Source: Candidatus Bathyarchaeota archaeon
GTDB lineage: Archaea; Thermoproteota; Bathyarchaeia; 40CM-2-53-6
Direction of reading: 5' to 3'
Length of the DNA: 64,000 bases
Assembly (NCBI GenBank): GCA_963706285.1
Contig: CAVPLU010000010.1
Span: 196,087-260,086 of the forward strand
Positions 50,155 through 60,076 of the stretch are shown here, piece by piece. Within the stretch, counting starts at the first letter, position 1. Every line of letters starts with the position of its first letter. Both the position numbers and the translations under genes were made by a program. The notes under the pieces were generated by a model. The model saw nothing but the letters and a program-made list of their open reading frames with translations. It had not been told where the DNA came from and did no database searches.

Positions 50155-50517
50155 ATGTCCACGTTCAAGATTGCGTCGGACAAGCCCATGATTTCGTCTG
50201 AGATACTTGACAAGATCGACATCCGCGTTGGAACAATCGAACGTGTTGAAGACGTGAAGGATTCAGACAAGCTGGTCAAGCTTACCGTTGATTTCGGTGA
50301 TCGCAAGAGAACGATACTAGTCGGGATGAAACAAGAACGCGAGAACCCGAAAGAGATCGAAGGCAGACAAGCATTATTCGTTGTTAATCTTGAGCCGAAG
50401 AAGATGATGGGTCAGATTTCTGAAGGTATGCTATTCGACATCGGATACGCTGACGGCATCAAACCCGTGCTCGCAGTGCCAGAACGCCCTGTACCGAACG
50501 GCGTTCGAGTTGGATGA
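50155..50517 (+). CDS. tRNA-binding domain protein (CsaA / Trbp111-like)
   Basis: DIRVGTI, KL.VDFG and VVNLEPKKMMG..SEGM. Confidence 0.88.
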   Translation: MSTFKIASDKPMISSEILDKIDIRVGTIERVEDVKDSDKLVKLTVDFGDRKRTILVGMKQERENPKEIEGRQALFVVNLEPKKMMGQISEGMLFDIGYADGIKPVLAVPERPVPNGVRVG

Positions 50518-50688
50518 TCGAGAAGAGTAGAGACGTGGGATTGGTCACGCTACTCAGTTCCCAAGAATGATGAGTTAGATGGCGTGCTGAACCCGGAGTT
50601 CTTCGATATGGTACATGAACGTACCATTAACGGAACGCTAATATACCCAACTTCCATGCCATTTACAGACAAGGAAAGTGGAAGCAAA

Positions 50689-51291
50689 ATGAACACACAG
50701 AAACGACAATTCGGACTTGCTCTGATGCTATTGACCTCATCAGTGCTAGCCCTCTACCCGACTCTAACGCTCGAGAAACCCCATCACGGATCCGCAGTTG
50801 TATCAATCAAAACCGGGGGCAAAGCATCCCCGGACGCGAAAGCCAAACCAAGCAGCACCCCACCCAGGAGCGCCCTCACACTATACGGAACAGTCGAAAC
50901 CGAAGGCAACGGAGCACTCAAGCTAGACAATCTTGCTGGCAGTCTACAAATTGGAATCACATACTACCCAATAACAAGCGGCAAAGGAGAAGTTGACAAG
51001 AAAGGCAAAATCGAAATCAACGCCAAAACTACAAGTGACTCAAACAAGAAGCTCGAACTCATCCTCCACGGCGACTCAAAGGGCAAAAATGTAGCCTTCA
51101 ACTCCAAGGAAAGCAAACTATCCTCACTATACTCGCTCTCCCTCAAAGGCCAAGCAACAGTCACCATGCCATCCACGACAAACACAAGCTCAACAAGAAC
51201 CGACACAGAATCAACAAGTAGTACATGGCAAATTCCGCTATGGAATCTGGAACAGAGACAAGCTCCAACGCTGACAGCACCTCAACTGTGA
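50689..51291 (+). CDS. Hypothetical secreted protein
   Basis: Signal-peptide-like N-terminus, beta-rich body and Ser/Thr-rich tail. Confidence 0.6.
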   Translation: MNTQKRQFGLALMLLTSSVLALYPTLTLEKPHHGSAVVSIKTGGKASPDAKAKPSSTPPRSALTLYGTVETEGNGALKLDNLAGSLQIGITYYPITSGKGEVDKKGKIEINAKTTSDSNKKLELILHGDSKGKNVAFNSKESKLSSLYSLSLKGQATVTMPSTTNTSSTRTDTESTSSTWQIPLWNLEQRQAPTLTAPQL

Positions 51292-51412
51292 AGAGAGCAA
51301 GCCCCTTCCACCTTTCCCACCTTTTTCTATCCCACGCCTAGCCGGCGACGCGGTCTTCGCCGGAGTGAGTTGCCAAAGGTGTTAAGGACATCAAACGCGC
51401 CACTCACTCCAC

Positions 51413-52573
51413 ATGCTCGCGTCATGGGAAATCAAGTTCAAGCCTGAGACTGAAGCCATTCGAAAGATGACGAAGGAGTTCGCTGAGAAGGAGATCGCTC
51501 CGATCGCGGATCGGATCGATCGCGAGAACAAGTACCCGATGGATCTCTTCGAGAAAATGGCGGAGCAGGGCCTGTTCGGCATGTGCACCCCGCCAGAATA
51601 CGGAGGATCCGGCCTAGACCTGTTATCGTCAGCAGTCGCAGGAGAAGAGATTGCGAAAGTCAGTATGTCCGCGTCTTTAATGATCGATATTCAAACCGCC
51701 GTCACTGCAGCTCCAATCGCAAGATTTGGCAACGAGAAACAGAAGAACACGTACCTACCCGGCTTGGCGGCGGGGAAACGAATTGGAGCATTCTGCCTCA
51801 CCGAACCTGTAGCAGGCTCGGACGTCGCTTCAATTGAAACGAAAGCCACCAAAGAGGGAGATGACTACGTTCTGGATGGAACGAAGACCTTCATCTCTCA
51901 AGGAGAAGTTGCTGATACCGCACTTGTCTTCGCGAAAACTCAGGTTTCGTCTGGAAAGGAAAGTGGAGAAATCACAGCATTCTTGGTCGATAAGAAGGTG
52001 TCACCCTTCAGGGTCGGCTCGAAGATTGAAGTGATGGGATGCAGAGGAACCGGAACCGCCGAACTAGTCTTCGAGAACTGTAAGGTTCCGAAAGAGAACG
52101 TGTTGGGCAAGGAAGGCGATGGGTTTCTGATCGCGATGACGATACTGAACGAGTCTAGGATCGGCGTGGCGGCGGGCGGGGTTGGGCTCGCGCAAGCCGC
52201 ATTTGATATCGCGGTCAATTATGCAAAACAGCGGAAAGCGTTCGGCCGCCCGATCGGAAAATTCCAAGCTATACAGTGGATGCTCGCGGACATGTTGACT
52301 CAGATCCACTCAGCGCGACTGCTCACATACCACGCCGCCTACCTTAGGGATCAGCAACAGGATTTCGTGAAGGAAGCGTCGATGGCGAAAGTCTTCGCAA
52401 GCGAAGTCGCCGCTGAAGCCACACGGCGAGCAATTCAGATCCTAGGCGGTTACGGGTATTCGAAGGACTATCCGCTCGAACGGTTCTATCGCGATGCAAA
52501 ATTGCTTGAGATCGGTGAGGGGACCTCGGAGATCCAAAGACTCATCCTAGCCAGAGAAATACTCCAACTCTAG
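51413..52573 (+). CDS. Acyl-CoA dehydrogenase
   Basis: [36 protein letters not shown] and [11 protein letters not shown]. Confidence 0.96.
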   Translation: MLASWEIKFKPETEAIRKMTKEFAEKEIAPIADRIDRENKYPMDLFEKMAEQGLFGMCTPPEYGGSGLDLLSSAVAGEEIAKVSMSASLMIDIQTAVTAAPIARFGNEKQKNTYLPGLAAGKRIGAFCLTEPVAGSDVASIETKATKEGDDYVLDGTKTFISQGEVADTALVFAKTQVSSGKESGEITAFLVDKKVSPFRVGSKIEVMGCRGTGTAELVFENCKVPKENVLGKEGDGFLIAMTILNESRIGVAAGGVGLAQAAFDIAVNYAKQRKAFGRPIGKFQAIQWMLADMLTQIHSARLLTYHAAYLRDQQQDFVKEASMAKVFASEVAAEATRRAIQILGGYGYSKDYPLERFYRDAKLLEIGEGTSEIQRLILAREILQL

Positions 52574-52597
52574 GCAAACCGCGAAACATGATCCGAT

Positions 52598-52760
52598 ATG
52601 CCTAATGACTTACCTGTACTGGAAGGCGAGTGTCGAGCAACAATCAACACCGTAGGTTTAGAGCCGTCTGTAGGTTTCTTGCATGAGATGAGTGATTATC
52701 AGACGAAGCAGTCGCTTGTGTGACTTGCAGGTGCCGTTCAGCTAGATGGCGAAACAACAG
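52598..52760 (+). pseudogene. cas1: Degenerate cas1 remnant (casposase / solo-Cas1 type)
   Basis: My translation: ..VLEGECRATINTVGLEPSVGFLHEMSDYQTKQSLV, then after a frameshift DLQVPFS*MA. This matches the Cas1 catalytic region GLdP..GfLH...sLvyDLqEpfR. Confidence 0.75.
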
Positions 52761-52940
52761 ATCCGCCCTTTGGAAGGATTGCAGTTGGACAGTTGCGTTA
52801 GGTTGGAATTTGCTTCTTGTTTCTCACGGTATCAATAGGAGCGCTGCAAAAAGCCATCAGGCTTGTTGGTTACCCCTAGTTGTCGCAGTATCCGAAAGCA
52901 ACGTTTTTTATTCCAGTCTTTCCATCGGCTTCTGTTGCCT

Positions 52941-53750
52941 TTGAATGCAGCAAAAGATCACGAACCGAAGGTTGAGATAGGGATTATCGGCGGCACAGGA
53001 ATATACGATCCTTTCCTTCTTGAAGACACAGAAGCGATCAGCATTAGCACACCGTATGGCCCCACGTCCGACGCGGTATACACTGGGTACTTCAAGGGTC
53101 GCAGAATCGCCTTCTTGGCTCGACATGGAAAGGGGCATTCCATTCCGCCTCACAAAGTCAACTACAGAGCGAACATTGATGCACTGAGACAGATTGGTGT
53201 TCATAGAATCATCGGTGCTTCCGCGGTCGGTAGCCTCCTGGAAAGCTACAGGCCGGGAGAGTTCGCAATTCCAGACCAGTTTGTGGACAGGACAAAGGGG
53301 AGACGCGACACCTACTATGATGGAGATCAGGTCTGCCACGTATCCTCTGCGGACCCATTCTGCCCAGAGTTGCGCAGTATCCTCATAGGCTCAGGCAGAG
53401 ATCTTGGACTAAGCTTGCATGAGAATGGAACGTATGTATGTATAGAGGGCCCGAGGTTCTCCACTCGTGCAGAATCAAGACTTTTTCGCGAATGGAAGGC
53501 AAACGTGATCGGAATGACATTGTATCCTGAATGCATGCTGGCAAGAGAATTACAGTTGTGCTACGCCTCCGTAGCCATGATAACCGACTATGACGTTTGG
53601 GCCGAGAAGCCTGTCTCTGTTGCTGAAGTCAAAGAAACAATGAGCGGAAACGTCGCGAATCTCAAGAAGCTAATACTAGCCTCGGTGCCAAAAGTTCCTG
53701 TAACGAGAGGCTGTGCCTGTGCACATTCCCTAGATGAGGCACTAGTCTAG
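52941..53750 (+). CDS. mtnP: S-methyl-5'-thioadenosine phosphorylase
   Basis: IGIIGGTG, LARHG.GH, NYRANI, EGPRFSTRAES and TDYD. Confidence 0.95.
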   Translation: MNAAKDHEPKVEIGIIGGTGIYDPFLLEDTEAISISTPYGPTSDAVYTGYFKGRRIAFLARHGKGHSIPPHKVNYRANIDALRQIGVHRIIGASAVGSLLESYRPGEFAIPDQFVDRTKGRRDTYYDGDQVCHVSSADPFCPELRSILIGSGRDLGLSLHENGTYVCIEGPRFSTRAESRLFREWKANVIGMTLYPECMLARELQLCYASVAMITDYDVWAEKPVSVAEVKETMSGNVANLKKLILASVPKVPVTRGCACAHSLDEALV

Positions 53751-53753
53751 ATC

Positions 53754-54029
53754 TCATCTTGAGAAGCGTCTAACCGTCTCGAGCAAAATGTCAACGACGT
53801 TATCAGCATCAAGATGAAATCTCTGCGCAATGCTCTCTGAGCCCAGCTTCAAGGCATGCCCAACGCCTACTCCTGCGCTCTCGCAAAGTGGGATATTGAC
53901 CAACTTCTCTGCGACAAGACTAGTCTCATGAGAGGCCCCGTCAATATCGCTGTCTGAAGCGGAAGGATAGCCTCTGCGGAGTTTATCATACAAATAGGTG
54001 TGGATCTCTCGCCTGGACTCAGGTTCCAA
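53754..54029 (-). CDS. Hypothetical protein
   Basis: 91-aa ORF with plausible composition and no recognised motif. Confidence 0.5.
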   Translation of the reverse strand: MEPESRREIHTYLYDKLRRGYPSASDSDIDGASHETSLVAEKLVNIPLCESAGVGVGHALKLGSESIAQRFHLDADNVVDILLETVRRFSR

Positions 54030-54585
54030 TCGAATTCGTCATCTGGATTCGGGAGTTCCAGTTAAAAGGCTTTCAGGAGCGCCTTCAGGATAAACGCAGC
54101 ACGGCAATGACTTTCCATTTGCGTGATTCATCCGACGATAGGAGCTTTGATGCTTGATCATTCAATCACGTTGTGACAATGACTTGGTGCTGACTGCCCC
54201 TCTAGGCGAATCAATGATCTATCGCAGATGTTTCTAAGTCTATCAACAGAGACTGAGAGAGACCATGGCATAAGTGCTTCCGAGTCGGTCCCTTAATACC
54301 CGGTGGGAGGAACTCATGATAGAACAAGATACGCTTCTTCAAGCACCTCGTACTATTCATCTCTACTTGAATTGAATAGGATATTGCGTAGTGCACTGAC
54401 ATTACTATCAGAGAGACTTCTGAGACAGAGATCCACGTTGGCCGGTGATATTCCCTTGCTGGCATGCAATTCAGAAACTCGAAGAAAAAGTATTGAGTTC
54501 AGGAAACGGAATCTTGCAGGTCGCAACTCAGGAGCGATCTGGATTAATAGAGCCCGTTCCATAGCAGTTTCAAACTGGTGATGGA

Positions 54586-55248
54586 ATGGTGCCAGAGGAT
54601 ACGTTCCTTTGCAAGCTTGTGACTTGGAACGAGATCGATTATTGGACGGAGAATGTTGTTAAGAAGATCACGAAGGCTGCCTTCAAACCCGACACCATCA
54701 TCGCCCTCATTCGAGGCGGACTGGTGCCTGCGAGACTTATGTGTGATCATCTGGCACTCAAGAACCTCTTCGCGGTCAAGGTTGAGCACTGGGGCATCAC
54801 GGCACAGCCCGACATGAAGGCAAAACTCATCCAGGGCGTCGGGGTCGATCTCAGCGGTCAGAAGGTGCTCGTGGTTGATGACATCACGGACACGGGCGAG
54901 TCCATGGCCCTGTCGATAGAGCACTTGCGTTCTAGAAACCCGAAAGAGCTGAAGTCGGCGAGTCTGCTGCATATCAGCCACTCAAAGTTCGAACCAGACT
55001 TCTACGATGTGTTCGTACCCAAGGAACAGTGGGCATGGTTCATCTTCCCGTGGAACCTCCATGAGGATATCAGGACCCTTATCCTGAAGACCATCGAGAC
55101 CCCGAAGAACAGCAGAGATGTAGCTGATCATTTGAAGACCCAGTTTCAGATAGTATTCGACCAAGACAAAGTCGAGGAAGCACTCCTCAGGCTCAAGAGT
55201 TGTGGGCAAGTATTCTTCAGGGACGGCAAATGGTGTAAAGCAAAGTGA
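54586..55248 (+). CDS. Purine phosphoribosyltransferase (type I PRTase)
   Basis: RGGLVPARL, VLVVDDITDTGES and WFIFPW. Confidence 0.92.
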   Translation: MVPEDTFLCKLVTWNEIDYWTENVVKKITKAAFKPDTIIALIRGGLVPARLMCDHLALKNLFAVKVEHWGITAQPDMKAKLIQGVGVDLSGQKVLVVDDITDTGESMALSIEHLRSRNPKELKSASLLHISHSKFEPDFYDVFVPKEQWAWFIFPWNLHEDIRTLILKTIETPKNSRDVADHLKTQFQIVFDQDKVEEALLRLKSCGQVFFRDGKWCKAK

Positions 55249-55883
55249 TATGTGCTGGAGTAAGACGACGCATGCAAGCTCGACTGTTTGATCAAGGAGC
55301 TCATAGCCCTACTTTCTTAGCTGCCTGTCGCTGCTGCCAGACTGATCGATGCCGATAAGAAATGTCGCGAAGAGATGGCTTGATTTCTCCTTACCCAAAT
55401 TCAATTCTTCTTTCTCGAGATCTTTTCCTTTTCTGTCAAGGAGTGTTGTGCCGCGACCCTCGTAATAGGCACCGTCGTCGTTTGGAGGTGTGCTGCACGT
55501 GGTTCAGAAGTGCCAGAACGGGTTCAGTGCCACAGAAAGGTCACAATCTTACATTGTTTTTGTAGCTCTGGCTGAGAAGTGGAACTAACATCGTTTGTGT
55601 TGTGTGTGCATTTGCTGATCCGCACATACTATTTGATGGGCGACAACTCACGCCCTTTCCCGGGTTGATGAGTACTCCCAAAGTGGCCCCTCTCTCCCGG
55701 AAAGCGGCCCCTCTTTGGAGGATATGATCAAGCACCTGTCTGTAGAAGGCCATAGACTCAATCCGTAGACAGCTCATCTCTAGTTGAGATGCGGCATGGA
55801 GCGCTCTTGCTTAGGCGTTCATATGGTCGTCGGGACGTTTGGTGCGCACACAAATATCTGTCGAAAGCTCCGCAGCATTAATA

Positions 55884-55914
55884 TTAGGGTGGGCCTAACT
55901 TAGGCTCTAACTAA
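55884..55914 (+). promoter_or_regulatory. Tandem DtxR/MntR-type operator boxes just downstream of the TATA box
   Basis: TTAGG-gtggg-CCTAA (55884-55898) and TTAGG-ctcta-ACTAA (55900-55914), following ATTAATAT. Confidence 0.7.
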
Positions 55915-55929
55915 CTGCGGGGTGATCCT

Positions 55930-56871
55930 ATGAAGCGGCCGTACATCCTACTTATCGGAATAGCAATGGTTGCACTTGTGGCGCTCTCTGGTGTTTACCT
56001 GTATAGTCGGGGGATTCATGTCGTTGAGCCGGCAGGGGGACCAGTCAAGGTGTTGGCGACATTCTATCCGGTGTACGATTTTGCGGCGAATGTTGGGGGT
56101 AATCGGATTTCGCTTTCGCTGCTTGTGCCTAAAACTGTGGATGTCCATGAGTTCGAGCCGACGCCTCAGTCAATACAAGCAGTGGCTAACGCCAACGTGT
56201 TGATCTTCAGCGGAGCTGGGCTTGAGCCTTGGATTCCTCAGATTACCGCTGCAGCAGGCAATCCTGGATTAGTTCTAGTCGATTCTAGTCAAGGGATCCC
56301 ATTGTTGCCGGTTCCCTCGCAATTCCAGAAAGGCAATCGTACAGTGGATCCGCACATATGGTTGGATCCACAACTTGCTAAGCAGCAGGTCACGAACATC
56401 CTTAATGGGCTCATAAAGGCTGACCCTAATGATCAGGAATACTTCGCCTCCAACGCAGAGAAGTATATCGCCAAACTTGACGCGTTGAATTCGGAGATAT
56501 CTGATGTTGCGGCGCACGCGAAGACCCGATACTTCGTCACCTTTCATGAAGCCTTCGCGTACTTCGCGAAACGGTACAATCTCACGCAGATCCCTATTTC
56601 GGGACCATTCGAGGAAGAACCGACGCCAGGCGAGATAAGCAACGTAGTCGCCGCGATAAACGGGCACCACCTCTGCTATGTCGGGTATGAGTCGCTTGAG
56701 AATCCGAGCATATCACAATCAATTGCAGGTCAAACACATGCAACGCTGATATTGATGGATCCGATCGAAGGCCTCAGCCAATCTGATCAAGCGGCCGGTA
56801 AGGACTACCTGACGAAGATGCAGGATAATTTGGGTTCCTTCAAGTTGGCGCTCAACAGTGTCGAATGCTAG
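55930..56871 (+). CDS. znuA: Zn/Mn ABC transporter substrate-binding protein (cluster A-I)
   Basis: HEFEPTP, GAGLEPW, DPHIWLDP and HEAFAYF. Confidence 0.9.
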   Translation: MKRPYILLIGIAMVALVALSGVYLYSRGIHVVEPAGGPVKVLATFYPVYDFAANVGGNRISLSLLVPKTVDVHEFEPTPQSIQAVANANVLIFSGAGLEPWIPQITAAAGNPGLVLVDSSQGIPLLPVPSQFQKGNRTVDPHIWLDPQLAKQQVTNILNGLIKADPNDQEYFASNAEKYIAKLDALNSEISDVAAHAKTRYFVTFHEAFAYFAKRYNLTQIPISGPFEEEPTPGEISNVVAAINGHHLCYVGYESLENPSISQSIAGQTHATLILMDPIEGLSQSDQAAGKDYLTKMQDNLGSFKLALNSVEC

Positions 56872-57610
56872 CCTAATCGAACTCAGCAACGTAGGGGTTC
56901 AGTATCCAAACGGAGTGTGGGCTGTGGACCACATCTCGCTCCAGATCTTCAAGAACGATTTGGTCGGATTCATTGGGCCCAACGGAGCAGGCAAAACCAC
57001 CCTGATCAGCGTAATTCTTGGCTTGATCAGACCTACGTCAGGCGCAGTTACGCTGTTCGGAGAATCAATATCGACGAAGAACCTGCGAAGAGTTGGCTAT
57101 GTTCCACAGGTTCTTGAGTCAACCATCAACGGATTTCCCGCGACGGTTTTTGAGACTGTCATGTTTGGAAGGGTTCCACACGCGGGATTACTCCGTCCTT
57201 TCGGCAAGGATGACAAGGTGAAGACTGAGGAGGCTTTGAGGCTTCTCGAGATCTCGGAGCTACGAAACAGGAAGCTAGATCAACTTTCAGGTGGGCAACT
57301 GCAGCGTGTCCTCGTGGCAAAGGCCCTTGCAACAGAGCCAGAGATCCTAATTCTCGATGAACCTACGAGCGGTGCTGACATTCACTCTAGGACGGAATTC
57401 TACACTCTTCTCGCTGACTTGAATAGGGATCGAGGAATCGCCATTGTCCTGTCTTCGCATGATGTTGTAAGCGTGACAAAATTGGCGAGCAAGATTGTGT
57501 GCATCAATCGGACTCTCTTCTATTACGGACCGAAGTCGGAGTTTACGAATGGAATTCTAGCGAAGACTTATGGTTATCAAATGGAGGTAATTGACGATTC
57601 CCACACTTGA
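56858..57610 (+). CDS. znuC: Zn/Mn ABC transporter ATP-binding protein
   Basis: GPNGAGKTT, GYVPQ, LSGGQLQR and LDEPT. Confidence 0.9.
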   Translation: MSNASLIELSNVGVQYPNGVWAVDHISLQIFKNDLVGFIGPNGAGKTTLISVILGLIRPTSGAVTLFGESISTKNLRRVGYVPQVLESTINGFPATVFETVMFGRVPHAGLLRPFGKDDKVKTEEALRLLEISELRNRKLDQLSGGQLQRVLVAKALATEPEILILDEPTSGADIHSRTEFYTLLADLNRDRGIAIVLSSHDVVSVTKLASKIVCINRTLFYYGPKSEFTNGILAKTYGYQMEVIDDSHT

Positions 57611-58433
57611 CGCCTTTTTCACAATGATGGCTCAGGGATTCATCCAAAGAGCATTCGTGATAGGGATCACAGTGGCTCTTCTAAGCTCGATCCTGAGCGT
57701 GTTCATCGTTCTGAAGAGAATCTCTCTCATCGGTGACGGATTAGCGCACACAGCCTTCGGCGGACTCGCGCTAGGCTACTATATTGGCTTCCTGCCGTTA
57801 TGGGTTGCTGGCAGCATTGTCATACTGGGATCCATTGGAATAACTAAAGCGATGAGATCGAAGGTATCAGGTGACGCCGCAGTCGCGGTTTTCCTCGAGC
57901 TTGGCCTAGCGTCCGGGATCTTTCTACTCAGTCTGGCGCGTGGCTATGGAATAAACTTGGAAAGCCTCCTCTTTGGAAGCATCCTCCTAGTCTCCCTTGA
58001 CCAGATATTCTACGCTCTGCTTGTTCTCGGAGTCACGTTTACGTTTGTGCTCGTCTTCTACAAGGAGCTAGCCTACAGCACGTTCGACGAAGTCCAAGCG
58101 AGAGCTGCCGGAATAAGGACATGGTTCTTCGACTACTCAGTAGGCGTATTTGCTGGAATTGCGATAATAGTATCCATACCAATCGTCGGCGTATTATTGA
58201 TCTCAGCCTTGCTTGTTCTTCCCGCATTGACAAGCGTTCAAATCAGCAAATCGCTACGGCAAACAGTCCTGCTATCTCCAGTATTCGGGATTCTGAGCGT
58301 TGTGCTCGGCTTGATCGCGTCAGTCATTACCGATACAGCGTCAGGCGCAACAATTGTATTAGTAGGGCTGGCAATCTTCATCGTCACGTTAGCCACCACA
58401 CGGATAAGAAAACGGCACGTTTCCCCGCGCTAG
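57591..58433 (+). CDS. znuB: Zn/Mn ABC transporter permease (ABC-3)
   Basis: GDGLAH, LFGSIL, VGVLLISALL and SGATIVL. Confidence 0.9.
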   Translation: MTIPTLDAFFTMMAQGFIQRAFVIGITVALLSSILSVFIVLKRISLIGDGLAHTAFGGLALGYYIGFLPLWVAGSIVILGSIGITKAMRSKVSGDAAVAVFLELGLASGIFLLSLARGYGINLESLLFGSILLVSLDQIFYALLVLGVTFTFVLVFYKELAYSTFDEVQARAAGIRTWFFDYSVGVFAGIAIIVSIPIVGVLLISALLVLPALTSVQISKSLRQTVLLSPVFGILSVVLGLIASVITDTASGATIVLVGLAIFIVTLATTRIRKRHVSPR

Positions 58434-58445
58434 GGTTGCAGTAGT

Positions 58446-58865
58446 TTGAGTGTCCCTGAATTAACCAGATCTGAAGTCGCATACCTACAGACCATGCACC
58501 GTCTCAATGAAACTCGTCGCGCGACATCCGTGTCCACATTAGCGAAGCAATTTGGTGTGAGACTACCGACCGCGATAGGGATCCTAGAAAAGCTTGAGGA
58601 GAAAGGGTTTGTCACGCGCAAACCCTGGAAGGTTCCAAAGTTGAGCAAAAGGGGTGTCGTGTTGGCAGAGTCCATAATGCATCGACACAGAATTCTCGAA
58701 CTCTATTTCAGCAGAATACTGGGCTTGAGTCACGCGGAGTCTTGCAAGGAGGCTTCGAAAGTCGACTACCTATTTGATAAAATCGTCATACAAAGGATGT
58801 GCAAAGCCCTCAATCGCCCCTCCCACTGCAATCATGGAAACCCAATCCAACACCCAAACCACTAG
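58446..58865 (+). CDS. DtxR/MntR family metal-dependent repressor
   Basis: wHTH, HRHRILELYF and C-terminal PSHCNHGNPI. Confidence 0.9.
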   Translation: MSVPELTRSEVAYLQTMHRLNETRRATSVSTLAKQFGVRLPTAIGILEKLEEKGFVTRKPWKVPKLSKRGVVLAESIMHRHRILELYFSRILGLSHAESCKEASKVDYLFDKIVIQRMCKALNRPSHCNHGNPIQHPNH

Positions 58866-59170
58866 TCTGCCACTAAGTGAGAGCGATCATGGGTTTGCAC
58901 AACACAGACCCCCAAGACATAACTGGCTCACACTGCTTGTGGGCACTTTCTCTCTAATCGTAGCCGTTGCAGTCATCGTGTATGCGCTTTCTGGACGGAC
59001 TTGGTTCTCTTCCGCGCCGCATCTTCATGCATGGGTCTCTTCGAATTGGCAGCGCCGGCTGGTGATGCGAACTCTTCAGGCCCAAGAACGTATACCTAGC
59101 ATAGGTTATCAGCAAAACCGATAAGGTTCAAGCGCTGATGCTCATCAGACACAATAGGAGGTGAGAACTG

Positions 59171-59311
59171 TTGGAACGTTACAAGAAGGGCGACGTATAC
59201 GGCTGCGCCGAGCCTAAATGCGATCTTGAGGTGGCCGTGACAAAGGCATGCGTGTGCGAGGGCTGCAGCCCCCTGACCTGCTGTGGCAAGCCCATGGTCA
59301 AGAAGAAGTAG
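59171..59311 (+). CDS. 46-aa Cys-rich desulforedoxin-like microprotein (missing from the ORF track)
   Basis: AGGAGGTGA SD upstream; MERYKKGDVYGCAEPKCDLEVAVTKACVCEGCSPLTCCGKPMVKKK*. Confidence 0.8.
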   Translation: MERYKKGDVYGCAEPKCDLEVAVTKACVCEGCSPLTCCGKPMVKKK

Positions 59312-59658
59312 GCAAACCCCTCAGATTCCTTGTTTCTTTCTCTCATCATCGATTCTCGTAGCCGGCCAATCGGGTCATGATACTCACTGGAATTATCAGC
59401 TGAACCTTTGTTTAGAACTCTCTCTGCGACAAGCTCTGTGGCTATGACAGATTTGCTACTGTGGTGTGTGTGCGCACTAGCTGACGCACACACAATTCCC
59501 CGTTCTTCTCCCACCGCCTATGCTCTGTGATAATCCGAAGGGGTTGCATACTGTCTACTGACTTGTCAATTGACTATTAGAGAAGAATCGAGAGTGATGT
59601 GTACGCTAACTGAGAGTCCCAATAGTCTAAAATCGTCAGGCATCCGATGTCGAGCGGC

Positions 59659-59843
59659 ATGCGAAATGTTGCAATTTCGTGGACTGGTGGAAAAGACTCT
59701 ACATTAGCCCTTCATGAAGTAGAAGCGTCAGGTTGCAGGATCAACTGTCTTGTCACTTTCGCTCCGAGTAACGAGAAGTTTCTCGCCCATCCCGTCGCGT
59801 TCATGAAGTTACAGGCGCAAGCGTTGGGCATCCCGCATCGTGT
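59659..59843 (+). pseudogene. Diphthine-ammonia ligase (Dph6, PP-loop ATPase), N-terminus only, cut by the junction
   Basis: VAISWTGGKDS...QAQALGIP, after which unrelated high-GC sequence begins. Confidence 0.8.
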
Positions 59844-60076
59844 AGCGGCCGCGCTCTACGGCCTTTACGGGCTCGCCGCGGGCAGTCGTGGTGCGCTTCG
59901 ACCCCCGCCGGGCGCTCGCAGCCGGGATCGCGCTCGGGCTGCTCCAGGCAGCCGTCACGTCCGCGCACTGGAGCGGCGCACGACTGCGGTACCTCCTACC
60001 GCGACGCGCTCCCGCTGCTGGCGGGCTCGGGATCGTCGCCTGGCATGCCCGCACGACCCGGGCAGCGGTCGAGTGA
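59844..60076 (+). CDS. Branched-chain amino acid ABC permease (LivH-like), C-terminal fragment
   Basis: GLAA/VVRFDPRRALAAGIALGLLQAAV; its stop overlaps the next GTG. Confidence 0.55.

Noticed and set aside
54030-54585. Short overlapping ORFs between the hypothetical gene and the PRTase
   Set aside because: No motif, start signal or consistent strand supports any of them.
55250-55860. Short ORFs and a GGCCCCTCT repeat upstream of the Zn/Mn operon
   Set aside because: No recognisable product or structure; evidence is insufficient.
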